NCBI GenBank assembly: GCA_964106645.2
Contig: OZ067050.1
From: Podarcis pityusensis
Lineage: Eukaryota
Length of the DNA stretch: 64,000 nt
Reading direction: 5' to 3' (one strand)
A program made the position numbers and the translations under genes. The notes beneath the pieces are model-generated. The model did no database searches. It was not told where the DNA came from and saw only the letters and a program-made list of their open reading frames with translations. Positions 47,571 through 59,136 of the stretch are shown here, in pieces. Position 1 is the stretch's first letter. Each line of letters begins with the position of its first letter.

Positions 47571-49660
47571 GCCCACCTGCTGCAGATCGGACATGCTGAA
47601 AACTATCAGATTTCAGTCCACTGCAATTTCTGTTATAATAAAGCTTTCTTTTCCAGAGACCTTTGTGAAAAGTTTGTCGTGCACAGGGCCTTGGAAGGTG
47701 GGAATAGGCTCCAACCTCACAGGACAGTGGGCAGCTAACCGGTCAATTTTGACCTTCTATGCAGTATCCGCAACAAGTTAAGACTTGTCTCTGGTTAAAG
47801 ATTGAGGCGAGACTCCTTTCAGTATTCCCTTGCAGTTTTGGTGTACTGAGAGTTGGGGAAATTGTGTTGGAGCAAGCGCGCTGACGAGTCTGGACTGGGG
47901 TGCCATCTTGGCCTTCCTGCCCATGTGAACGTATCCTGGATGTCCAGATAGGGAATGCTTTGGGAGGAGTTCCTCCCTTTGGTGTGGTCAAGTGTGACCT
48001 GTGAAGGTCTTCCCCCAGCGTTGGTGGTGCAGCTGCACAAAAAGGTTTGCCGTCTTCCCTCAGCATAAGTTTGCGTTCCCGTGTGCAAGAGGACTTGGAT
48101 GAGTTGATGGCAGCTCTCCCTGAACTCAAAATATTTTGGTTGCAATTGCTTCAGTGACATGTGTGACACGGCAGCCACTGCCCAGCTGCCACCGAGAAGG
48201 CCAGAAAGTGCGTGGATGGTGCAGTGGCCAAGAAGGTCCTAGCCTTGGGAGGTGTGGTTATCCGCCATGCAGGCATTTCCTTCAAAGATGGGGTTTTGTA
48301 CAGGTCAGATGGAGTACATCTTTCTGATTCTGGAAATGACCACTCACCTCATTAAATGGGAGGCACCCTTTGCGTGGTCGTGCACAACCCCCTGGACCCT
48401 ATGCGGCACCATTAGCACAGGCTTGGCTTTGCCTTTTCCAGGTGGGATACCTGGAGGTCTCCGCCTACCTCAGCCAGTTGCCCAATCCTGCCTGGGGAGG
48501 CGTTGCCAAGGTGATCAGGCCAGGTACAGGGAGGGACTACCTGCCCACACAATAGGGGGAGGATCTTACCTGGGAATCGTCAGTTGGCTCCAGAACTTCT
48601 CCCACCCTACCCATCCTCAGTTAAGACTTCTTCTGCAGGTTAATCTTTTCTCCACAGGTACGCGGGCACTGCAACGTCAAGGTTGCTGTTGAGGGCTGGA
48701 AAGAATTCTCCTGCATTGGCAGGTTTGCCTTTCCCGTAGCAAAAGTCACAAACTTGGCGGTATCAGGCCTTGGGTGGAATCCTTTAATCTATCTTCCCTA
48801 AATGGGGGGGGGTGCAGCGGTGACCCTCTTTGTGGCGGCGATCCCAGGGTTCCCTGTTAAAGGGGTTGTTTGGGGGGAGGCTTTAGCCGTATGCCTAGAG
48901 GTTGTCATTGCTCTCCCCTGCGATGGCAGCTTAACAGGGGCGGGCTCTCTCTGATTGAACCTATGTTCTCCAGAGCCAGCCCATCTCCCCTCCCCCCACA
49001 ACCCTGATGTTTCCCATATCCCCGGCAGGGGACTGGGAGGGATAAACGCCCAATGCCTGAGCCAAGGTCTACCCATAACTGAAACATAATAAAGTTGTGG
49101 CCAATTTTAATCCCATAGCACGTTGTCTTGAGTCGTTATTCCACAAGGGGGCCACCCAGGGTTTGGGGGACTCTGCCTGTCCATGCAATGATGTTTGGCT
49201 GACTAAAGTGTCAGCGGGGTTAAATGTTTGGTTGCAGGTGTGAGTAATTTTTGGCGGTGAGCGCAGGTGCTTTTGTGGCGGTTAGGCATTGGTTCAAGGT
49301 GGTCTGGAGGGGAGGTCAGATAACCTGGACCCTCCAATGCGCAACAGGTATTCCGTTAAAGGAATCCAGGGACTCGCCATGCTTTTGTCGACACCTTTTG
49401 GGGGGTAGGGCCACGCAAGGGTCCCTGGGAGCATTTTGGGGTGAACTTGAGTCACGTGACCATACCAATGCTCCCCCATGGTGTTTACCTGTACTGACTA
49501 TATGGTGGGGCCCAGTCGTCAGTGTTATCCTGCTGAGGTCAGGTGCAGCTAGTCAGGAACCAACGCCTAAACAAACCACTCACTATCTGTAATCAATTTA
49601 ATTGTGGCCAAAATTTTGCCAATAACCTAAAACTAAATTCCTTGTCAATTATTTCTTTAT
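47571..49660 (+). mobile_element. Decayed, internally deleted Ngaro/DIRS tyrosine-recombinase retrotransposon
   Basis: YR box I relic FGVLRVGEIV (47837-47866) joined to an SGNH-hydrolase relic (...GMLWEEFLPL...ARKCVDGAV...GGVVIRH...LYRSDGVHLSDSGND, DGVHLS at 48308-48325), then two terminal modules ending in AATAAAGTTGTGGCC-like sequence. Confidence 0.78.
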
Positions 49661-49945
49661 TATTGGGAAACTCCTGGGAATCTTAACATGCAACCAAAAG
49701 ATTGCATGTTCCTTTTTGCAAGGAAATGAAGCTCTTTTATTTCCGAGTCACTTTTTGAGATCACTTTTACTTCTTTAATTTTTGTACTGCCAATGGATAG
49801 AGACTTGCTTGCTGTAAGGTTTGAAACTCTGTGAGTAAATATCTTCACATACTTGCCAAGCTAAGTGTCTATGATTTGTTCTAGCTGAAGTATTTTTACA
49901 GGGAATCCAGTTAAGTTTTAATGTGCTTGGAGAAATAACCATTGT

Positions 49946-50372
49946 AATGACCGGCAGAATCTGAGACCAGGGAGAAGAATCGGTGAAAGAAGACTGGAAA
50001 AAATTTAAGGACTATTTACAGAAATATTGCAAAATTAAGGAACTTTAGAAGGATGTTGGATAGAAACTAAGAGGTTTTTAGCTGTAATGCTTTAAGAGAT
50101 ATGGGGAAAAAAAAAAGGTTAACAATTGGGTAAAAGATTAATGGTAAGGATTTGCTGAACCAACAAATGGAACTGGAATACAAAGAAGGGAGGTATGAGG
50201 AGGTCCGGGGAAATAAGAGTAAGGAAGATAGGTTATGGAACATTATTGTGTTTTTAACTGTTTTATTTTGTATGTTTTTTCTTATTTTCTACTTTTTTGC
50301 TGTACTTTATACTTTTTTCTTTGTTTTGTATAATTTTGTGAAACTTTAATAAATATCATTATAAAAAAAAAA
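49946..50372 (+). mobile_element. L1-clade LINE 3' fragment
   Basis: ORF2 C-terminal relic EDWKKFKDYLQKYC, AATAAA plus poly(A), perfect 16-bp TSD GAGAAATAACCATTGT (49930-49945 / 50373-50388); empty site at ~43340. Confidence 0.88.
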
Positions 50373-50645
50373 GAGAAATAACCATTGTGCTAACTCAACC
50401 AAAAGAATTCTGAAATAGTCACACTTGAGAGCTATCCCCCCCCCCCCCCCAGGCATGGGCCGTAAGTTTGCATCACAGGTACTTAAGAAATTTTTTCATG
50501 TTACTTCTAGTCTCAAAAAGTCCCACTCTAGCGGACAGGCAGAAAGTGAAGTAAAGATTATAAAGTATTTGCGGGGGGGGGGGGACACAGACGGATGGAC
50601 AGAACTTGGACTCAAAACAGATCCTTATTTGGCATCACAAAATTA

Positions 50646-51118
50646 ATGTTTGGTTGGCCGATATTATCAAAGGCATAAGAGGTTGGTTGCAGGTGTGAAG
50701 GTATTGGTGGTGAGCTTTGGGCTCACGTGGTGCTTAGGCATTGGAATAGTGTTGTGTGGGGGAGGAAAGGTGCAGCCATCACCTACCCCTCCATGCTTAA
50801 GGGTATTTCGTTAAAGGAATCTGGGGATATGGATCTCATCCAAAGCCTGTGGAGCGGCTAGGGCCATGCCAAGATCCCTTCAGGAATCCAGGAGATGCTC
50901 AAGTTGATCTGCATCAGCAGGGCTCCCCCTACTGGTGGTTTACCCTTACAGACTTCCTGCAAGGCAGGCAGGAGTGTAGTCTGTTGTTGCCAATGCCTAA
51001 GCCAATACCACTCACATTCTGTAACCAATAAAGTTGTGGCCTAAACTAACATTAACCTAAAATGCTGTGTCCTTGTGTCTTTATTTCTCTTGGGGGTGCC
51101 TTAGGGGCATTGACACAC
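50646..51118 (+). mobile_element. Solo Ngaro/DIRS terminal repeat inserted in a Gypsy integrase relic
   Basis: Homologous to 49225-49660; splits DPYLAxxN|YRAT; AATTA on both sides. Confidence 0.7.
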
Positions 51119-53118
51119 AATTACAGGGCCACATCCTTAGAGCAGGGAAGCTCCCTTGATGAGCTCTTGTTTCATAGAAAACTCAGGACCAGGCCACCAT
51201 GCATGTTAACACCTTAACTCTGATTTAACACAAGGTGTCCAGTCCCAGATACATAAGATACTGAGACAAAAATGATATTATGGAACAGATATCCTAAATG
51301 GGAGAACACAGTGGGTAAGGGGAAATTACTGTACACGGGGAACACTGAGCTAGTTATACCTCACACAACTATCAGAAATGAGTCTCAGAAGGTCCAGTTG
51401 AAACAAGAAGGTTCCAGAAAGACTTATATGGCATTAACATCATCACTATTATTAGTATTAAATTATATGGTAGTTTTTTTAGAAACAGGAACATAAATAA
51501 ATCTAAGTGTCTGTGGTTTATTCTAGCTTAAATATTTTCATGAGCAATGTTTAAGGTGGAAGTTTACATACTTTGATGGATTTGTGTTGGACACCTGGGA
51601 CCAAGGCTTAACAAACACTCCTGCTGCTTTTTGTGGGGCTCCTGAGTCCAACCAACAAGGAACACAATTGCTGATTTGATTGAGGCTCTTGAGACCAAAC
51701 TCCTAGGAACATAACTGTAACAATAGTAATAAATTTCCACCCCATGGTAAACTCTTCATTCTGCAAGAGTATAGAAACATTTTCACTGCCTCAGAAGAAA
51801 AGGAGGAAGAGATTAAAATAAAAATAAAAAAAAGATCCATGGGTGGCTAGAAGAATACAGAACATCTTAAAGTGATAAAGAAATTTCATCTGGAAATTTA
51901 TTTAAAGGAAAAGAGTGAGATGTTTCTATTTTTATAACTTTAGTGATACCTGTGTAGCTTTTGTGTAGTTTTTGGAGGGTTAAATCAACTATTGTGTATT
52001 ATGTAGAATGTGAAATCCTGCTTGTTATGTGGTCTCTCCTGAAACCTATATAGACTGCACATAGAAAACCCAGATACCTGGTTTCCATGATAACCTAAGC
52101 CAAATCTTAACTTAGTGAGACTTCACAAATGTGCAATGCCCTGGAAAGAAGATTACAGGAGCTTTGCTGTGCTCCTTTTTGCTTTCATCTTAGGCTACTC
52201 CAGGTTTTGACTTGCACACCATCCAAACCAAGACTAGTGGTTAGCCTCTCTCCTCACCAACCATGAGCTGCAACCAAGAACAAACCTTCACTGCAGCTCC
52301 TAGTGAGTTAGGAGAGAGTTTTAGCACTTTGCTTGTCTTATCTTGTCTTGTCATAGTGTGGCAGCAAAAAGATCTGGGGAGCAGCAAAGCAGCTGTAAGC
52401 TTCTCTCCAAGAGTCTATACATTTGTACATTTATAAGACTGTGGTCTGTCCACAGCGCACATTAAGGTTAAAAACATACAACAAACATTAAAACACCTGA
52501 AACCTCTGTGGTCTCAACTAGGAAGGAATTGCAAAGCATTGAGCCCAGAATACTGAATACATGCCTCCTGGGAAGTATGTGCTCTGTGTCTGAGCCATGT
52601 GGAATCACTACCAGTGATTCAGTCAAATACCTCACTGATCAAACAGGGATGTTAGGAAACAAGCTGTTAAGGTATTGTACACTCAAGTTGTGATGGGCAT
52701 TGCACTGGAAATTAACACAAAACCCACAAATTTTAGTCTCCATTATATGGGCACCTAATCATCCTATATTTAAGTATTACTGTAATTCTAAGTAATTATC
52801 AAAATGTGTGTTGTAAATATGGAGATGATGGCAAGAGGCATCTCCCCTCTCCACATTGTTTCTGCAGACTTCCACATAGACAGAAAATATGCCAAAGATG
52901 GACATAGAACTACAGAAGTGGCAGCATCCACCCCACTCAATCGCAATTGGCCAAAAGAGGCCTGGGGTGATCGTGATGCCACTCTGGCGTAAAGGGCATC
53001 ACTCCCCCCATACCAGGGGTGGGGGAACTGTGTTGTGGGCCTGCCTGCAACCAGGACCATCCTTTAAGATGATTCAGTTTGTGAGCAGCACCATCTACTA
53101 GTTTTGAAACAGCAGTAG

Positions 53119-53700
53119 TTTATTTTTTTTATTTATGGTTGTCAGTTATATACATTTCAATAGTTTTACAATTATTTTATCATTTCAAAACTCGACACAT
53201 TCCGTGGTTCCTTAATTTTTATGTTTATTTTCATTTCCAGAATATTCTAAATTATCTTAACGGATTCTTTCATTCATCTACTTTAATTATATACTCTTAT
53301 GAAACTGCAGCTTAGTACAACAATTTGTTCATAAATATTCAGTAATGACCGCTCCCCACATGGGGGCGCCCTTTGTGTGGTCATGTGCAGCCCCCTGGAC
53401 CCTATGTGGCACCATTACCACAGGCTTGGCTTCACCTCCCCCCAGGTGGGATACCTGGAGGTCTCCGTCTACCTCAGTCCATTCTTTAATAAAATGTTTG
53501 TTAGCTTGATTTCTTATATTTCCAGTACATTTTGCCACTTCTGCATAGTCCATAAGTTTTTGTATCCATTCTTCTTTTGTCGATTCTTCTTTTTCTTTCA
53601 ATTTTTGGGAAAATAACTTTCTTGCCATTGTAGTAGCATACATGAATAAATTTCAATGCTCTTTGGGTAGCTCTACCCCTATAATTCCCAGAAGAAAAAA
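53119..53700 (-). mobile_element. L1-clade LINE 3' fragment containing a captured ~135-bp piece
   Basis: EEWIQKLMDYAEVAK...KEW relic; poly(T) at 53119; imperfect TSD AGCAGTAGTTTATTTT / AGCAATAATTTATTTT; absent from the paralogous units. Confidence 0.8.
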
Positions 53701-53928
53701 AGACTACTTAGCAATAATTTATTTTAACATATATGGAGTTGAAAGCTAACATCTCCTTTACATGAAGATTTATTATTACACTATTTTGTTCACTACTTTT
53801 TAAAAAATCTATATCCCACAAAAATCATATCTGAAGCAGTATTGGATAACAAATGTTGATTATTAGAAAAGGACTTAAACCTGTGCTTATCTTCCTGTTT
53901 TCTTCTAGAAGCACCAGTCATTTTAGTA

Positions 53929-54915
53929 ATGAATGCAAAGATAGGCAATGAATCCTCTATCTCTGAATTTCTACTCCTGGAGTTTTCAGCTGTACGGGAA
54001 CTGCAGATTCTACACTTCTCTCTGTTCCTGGTATTGTACATGGTAATTGTATTTGGGAATCTTCTCATCATCTCTGCCATAGCTTTTGACCACCATCTTC
54101 ACACTCCCATGTACTTCTTTCTGATGAACTTGGCCATCCAGGACCTAGGGGCTGTTTCTGTCACCATCCCTAAATCGATGGCCAATTCCCTCATGAATAT
54201 GAGACACATTTCTTATGCTGGATGCATTTCTCAAGTGCTTTTATTCTTTTTCTTTGTATCATCTGATGTTGCCCTTCTTACACTCATGGCATATGATCGC
54301 TATGTTGCCATTTGCAATCCATTACAATATGAAATGGTGATGAACAGGGCAGTCTGCAAACAAATGGTTGCTGGTGTGTGGGTTGCTGGAATCCTTAATG
54401 CAGTCATGCACACGAGTGCAACTTTTGCAACCCCTTTCTGCTCCAACATTGTCAATCAGTTTTTCTGTGAGATTCCACAGTTACTTACACTTGCCTGCTC
54501 AAACTTCAACCTAATGGAAATTGGAGCTATAGTAGTGAGTGTAATACTTGTGTCTGGATGTTTTGTCTTCATTGTTGTCACTTATGTACACATCTTTACT
54601 GTGGTTGTGAAACTCCCTTCTATTCAGGGAAGGAAAAAGGCCTTCTCCACTTGCATACCTCACCTGGTTGTCTTCTCCGTATTTTGTTTCACAGCAGCAT
54701 TTGCTTATCTTAGGCCTCCCACAAAAATTCCATCTAATGGGGACTTTGCAATAACTGTGATGTATACCATTGTACCACCCATGTTCAATCCAATGATTTA
54801 CAGCATGAGAAATAAGGAGATTAAAAATGCTGTATCAAAGCTCTTGGGTGTGAAGCACTCTTGTATTAATATCTTTTCCAGACTTATACTGAAACGATTA
54901 CACTTCTCTCTGTAG
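53929..54915 (+). CDS. Olfactory receptor, family 14-like (328 aa)
   Basis: Full set of OR motifs, intact ORF. Confidence 0.93.
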   Translation: MNAKIGNESSISEFLLLEFSAVRELQILHFSLFLVLYMVIVFGNLLIISAIAFDHHLHTPMYFFLMNLAIQDLGAVSVTIPKSMANSLMNMRHISYAGCISQVLLFFFFVSSDVALLTLMAYDRYVAICNPLQYEMVMNRAVCKQMVAGVWVAGILNAVMHTSATFATPFCSNIVNQFFCEIPQLLTLACSNFNLMEIGAIVVSVILVSGCFVFIVVTYVHIFTVVVKLPSIQGRKKAFSTCIPHLVVFSVFCFTAAFAYLRPPTKIPSNGDFAITVMYTIVPPMFNPMIYSMRNKEIKNAVSKLLGVKHSCINIFSRLILKRLHFSL

Positions 54916-56180
54916 GTCTAAGCATTGGGATCTGTGGAGATATCATGACCAGTTACAGCTTCTAGAAACATTTTGATATGCAGACTCAAAATCTGCCAGG
55001 TGTCACAATGACATCTTGTGTTCCTCCAGCTTAGATGTACCATTAACAATGTTGCATCTCTGTTCACATAGCCTGTTAATCATACATTTAAAGAGGGAAT
55101 GTCTGTCATATAGTGCATGTGTACCCTTTCTGACCCAGTGCATTCATCTGGCAATCAGCTTTTCTGGGATTGTCATTTCTTTTTATTTAAAGCTAAAGTG
55201 GGTTTTCTAGCCATGGGAAAAGGAAAAATGTGGATGAGCCCTTGTTTAGGAACTTCAGATGAGAAGGACCTGTTCTGATTGGATTTTGGGATTAGTTTTA
55301 GAAGGCTACCCAATTGCTTCCTTGAGGCTAAGGAAAAAACCCTAGAAGGGGCTATGAGATTCTTGCTAGGCAGTGACACGAATATCCATTTTAGTTAGAA
55401 AAGGTCTATCCTGAGACTAGTTTTAAACTAGTGTTTTGACTGGGGTTTATAAGTTCTGTGTAAAGAGTTTTTGCCTGAAACTATTGCGTCCCACTCAAGT
55501 AACATTTCTAAAATGAAGTGTTGTGCCTTAAGACAGTGACTATTAAGTTTGAATCCTCAATGAATGTAAATCTATAAAATTCTATCTTTGTTCCAGAAGT
55601 GCCTCCTCTTTACTTTGAACCTTTGGTGGCAGATAAGTGGACACAGGGCATCCTTCCCATAAGTAGAACACCTGGCTGTTTTTTACTGACAAAGAGTTAA
55701 AATGTCTCCAGTGTTGTTACTAGGGAAAGTTGTATCTTTTAGAAACCCAGGAAATTGGTCATGTTTCCCACCTCCCATCTTTAGTAAGGGAATCTGATAC
55801 AGTGGCCACTGACACAGTTTCTCAAAATCTTAAAAAACAAAACCACATCCTTTTGGAAAATGTAAGAGTTAAGATCCACATGGGGAAAGTAATTCTACAA
55901 AGGAAATCGAGGGTCAGCTTCCCAGAACAGATAGAGTCCATCCTATTTGTGATAGTGTATGGAAATACAGAACCATTGCTTGGAGAAAAAACTAGTCATG
56001 CTCTGGGATTCATTGAAAGATGACACACAATTTGCCAAATAAAAACATTCACGTTGAACAAAGGTACCCTTATGTTTTTGGAGGAATGGGTAAAGTGAGC
56101 GATATAAAATCTAAATACTATAGCCAAAAAGACCAGTGGCACATGTTCCTTGCAAAGTTCCTTTGGACCTCACAAAGCTG

Positions 56181-56615
56181 TTGTTGTTTTTGTTGTTGTT
56201 TAGTCATTTAGTCGTGTCCGACTCTTCATGACCCCATGGACCAGAGCACGCCAGGCACTCCTGTCTTCCACTGCCTCCCGCAGTTTGGTCAGACTCATGT
56301 TTGTAGTTTCGAGAACACAGTCCAACCATCTCGTCCTCTGTCGTCCCCTTCTCCTTGTGCCCTCAATCTTTCCCAGCATCAGGGTCTTTTCCAGGGAGTC
56401 TTCTCTTCTCATGAGGTGGCCAAAGTATTGGAGCCTCAGCTTCACGATCTGTCCTTCCAGTGAGCACTCAGGGCTGATTTCCTTAAGAATGGATACATTT
56501 GATCTTCTTGCAGTCCATGGGACTCTCAAGAGTCTACTCCAGCACCATAATTCAAAAGCATCAATTCTTCAGCGATCAGCCTTCTTTATGGTCCAGCTCT
56601 CACTTCCATACATCA
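56181..56615 (-). mobile_element. Bov-B (RTE) LINE, 5'-truncated
   Basis: RVPWTARRSN...LQYFGHLMRREDSLEKTLMLGKIEG...RTRLND; (CAA)n tail. Confidence 0.93.
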
Positions 56616-57675
56616 AGGCTGGAAGTACTCAAATGTATGGAATCTTTATGAATAAATGAAAAGAACTTCATGTTCTGTAGACATGGCATGCTAAGATAGT
56701 CTAAAGATTTGAACACAATATTCTGATTATTAATTGTCCATAGTTATCTCCAGAGTAGGCATAGGAACTGCTTTTATAATGGATTTTTTAAAAAACAGCA
56801 ACAACAACAACAACAACAACCAAATGTTAACTTGTTAATTTATGTATTTGTATGTCAGTCACTATATTTTACCCAGGGCAACCAAAGTCAACAGTGATAC
56901 ACCTTAAATCTTACATAGATATGGAAACTCTGGAGACAAGTAGTATGTGCTACAAGCCCTCTCACCAACCCCAAAAGCAACCACACACAAATAGAATTAG
57001 AGGTGCTGGCCCTTGTATTTGAATGTAAAAAAATCCACAAATTTATATTTGGAGACCAATATTAGCAGAAGCAGATGAGAAACCCCATATCTGCATTGCA
57101 AATGGTAGTTTCAAGGATACCCTTCCAACTATTTTCCCCCCTGGTGGAATACTATAGTATTTCCTTAGAGTTATTATTATTATTATTTAACTACTTATTA
57201 GATTTAAAAACCAACCTTCATCACAAGCTCTCATGGCAATTCACAAGATAAACACCTGGGTGAAATTAAGAGCATTGACCAAAACACAGCGGGGGGGGGG
57301 GGGAGAGAAGGAGCGGGGAACACTGAGCCAGTCATACGTCATACAACTTTCGGTACCATGAAAATAAATAAAAACATTATTTAAAAAGAAAGAAAGAAAT
57401 GAGTCTGAGAAAGTCCAGTTGAAACCAGAAGGTTCCAGACAGACTTATGTAGCAATATTATTATTTTAAATATTAGAAAGTATGCTGTTTAGAAACTGGA
57501 AGTTTTGTTTTGTTTTGTTTTTTACATACCTTGATTATTTGTGTTAGACTCCTGGGGCTAAGTCTTTAGAAACACTGCTTTTATTTTAGTGTAATTCCTG
57601 AGTCCAAGTTTCCAGAGACACGATGGCTAATTTGTGTTGGGCTCTTGAGACCAAACTCTGAGGAGTGCATTAGAT

Positions 57676-57678
57676 ACA

Positions 57679-57725
<47 letters not shown>
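57676..57725. repeat. (CA)n(GA)n microsatellite inside an OR promoter block
   Basis: Read directly; the paralog has (GT)n at the same place (44688-44730). Confidence 0.9.
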
Positions 57726-57727
<2 letters not shown>

Positions 57728-59136
57728 TATAATTTTCCACTCCATGTTAAAAGCTTCATTCTGCAAGAGTATACCCATATGTTCAATGTTACAGAACAAA
57801 AGGATGGGGTGATTTTCTAAAATACAGATGAAAATGAAGTGATGAAGAAATTGCATCTGGAAATCTACTTTCTACTAAGGAAAAGAGTAAGATATTTACT
57901 GGTATATGTTTAGAACTTTTGTGATAGCTGGGTAGTTTTCAGAGGACTAAACGTAGACAATACTTCTATAGTGTATTGTGTAGAATGGGAAAACGTGCTT
58001 GTTGTGGTTCCTGGAACTTATTTAGACTCACGTAGAATACCCAATGATCTGGCTTCCATGACATGCTAAACCAAATTTTATCTTAGGAAGACTGCACAAA
58101 TGTTGAACCTCATGGAGAGAAGAGTACAGTAGCTTTGCTCCTCCATGATGCTTTTTATGGTCAGCTCAAGCTACCGTAAAGTTTGGTTTTAGCCTATCAT
58201 CCAAGCCAAGACTAGTGGTTAGGCTCTCTCCTCACCAACCATGAATATTAACCAAGAAAAAAACTTCATTACTGCTCCAAGTGAGTGAGGAGGGAGCTGA
58301 AGAACCTTGTCTTGGCTTAACATAATGTGGCAGCCAAAATATCTGGGTAAGCGCAAAGCAGCTGTGAGCCTATACATTTTACATGCAAAACAATGTGGTT
58401 TGTGTGCAGCATGCATTAAGGTTGAAAACATATAACAAAGATAAAAATAGTTGAAACCTGTGTGATCTTAACTAAGGAGTACTAAACATTAGGCCTAGAA
58501 TACAGAATGCAGGTGAGTATGAGCCAAGTGTGTGAGTCTTGTGGAACTATTATCAGTTACTCCTGCAAAAGACTCACTGAGTGAATGGGGATATCAGGAA
58601 TCAAGCTTTGAACATGTCCATGACCCAGATTGTTATGGACATTGGAATTTAAGAGAAGAAACTTGATCTTGAATTTGCATCATATAGGCAGCAAGTTATC
58701 CCCCTATATTTAAGAGTTACTTCAGTTTTGACCATGAATTACAATATTAAAATATGTTTTGTAAATATGGAGATTCTCTCAAGGTGCATCTGCCCTCAGC
58801 ATATTTCCACAAACAAAGCAAGTAAGGAAATGATGGCAGTAGGACTCCTGTGTTCCTCCTCTAGAATTCAATCAACTTCAAGAACTTGTGAACACCACAT
58901 TCTACTAGTTTTGAAACAGTGGTAGTCTTTTTTAAAATAATGATATCGATATGGAATTGAAAGCTAAATTCTCATTTGAATAAAAAATAATTGTTTCTCC
59001 TTTTTTGTTCACTTCTTTCTTTTACCTTCAACATCCAAAAACCCTCCTCCAAAGCAGTAAATATTTGTTATCACTAGAGGATTTAAGCCAATACATATCT
59101 TCCTGTTTTCTTCCAGTGACAGGAAGATTTATATTA

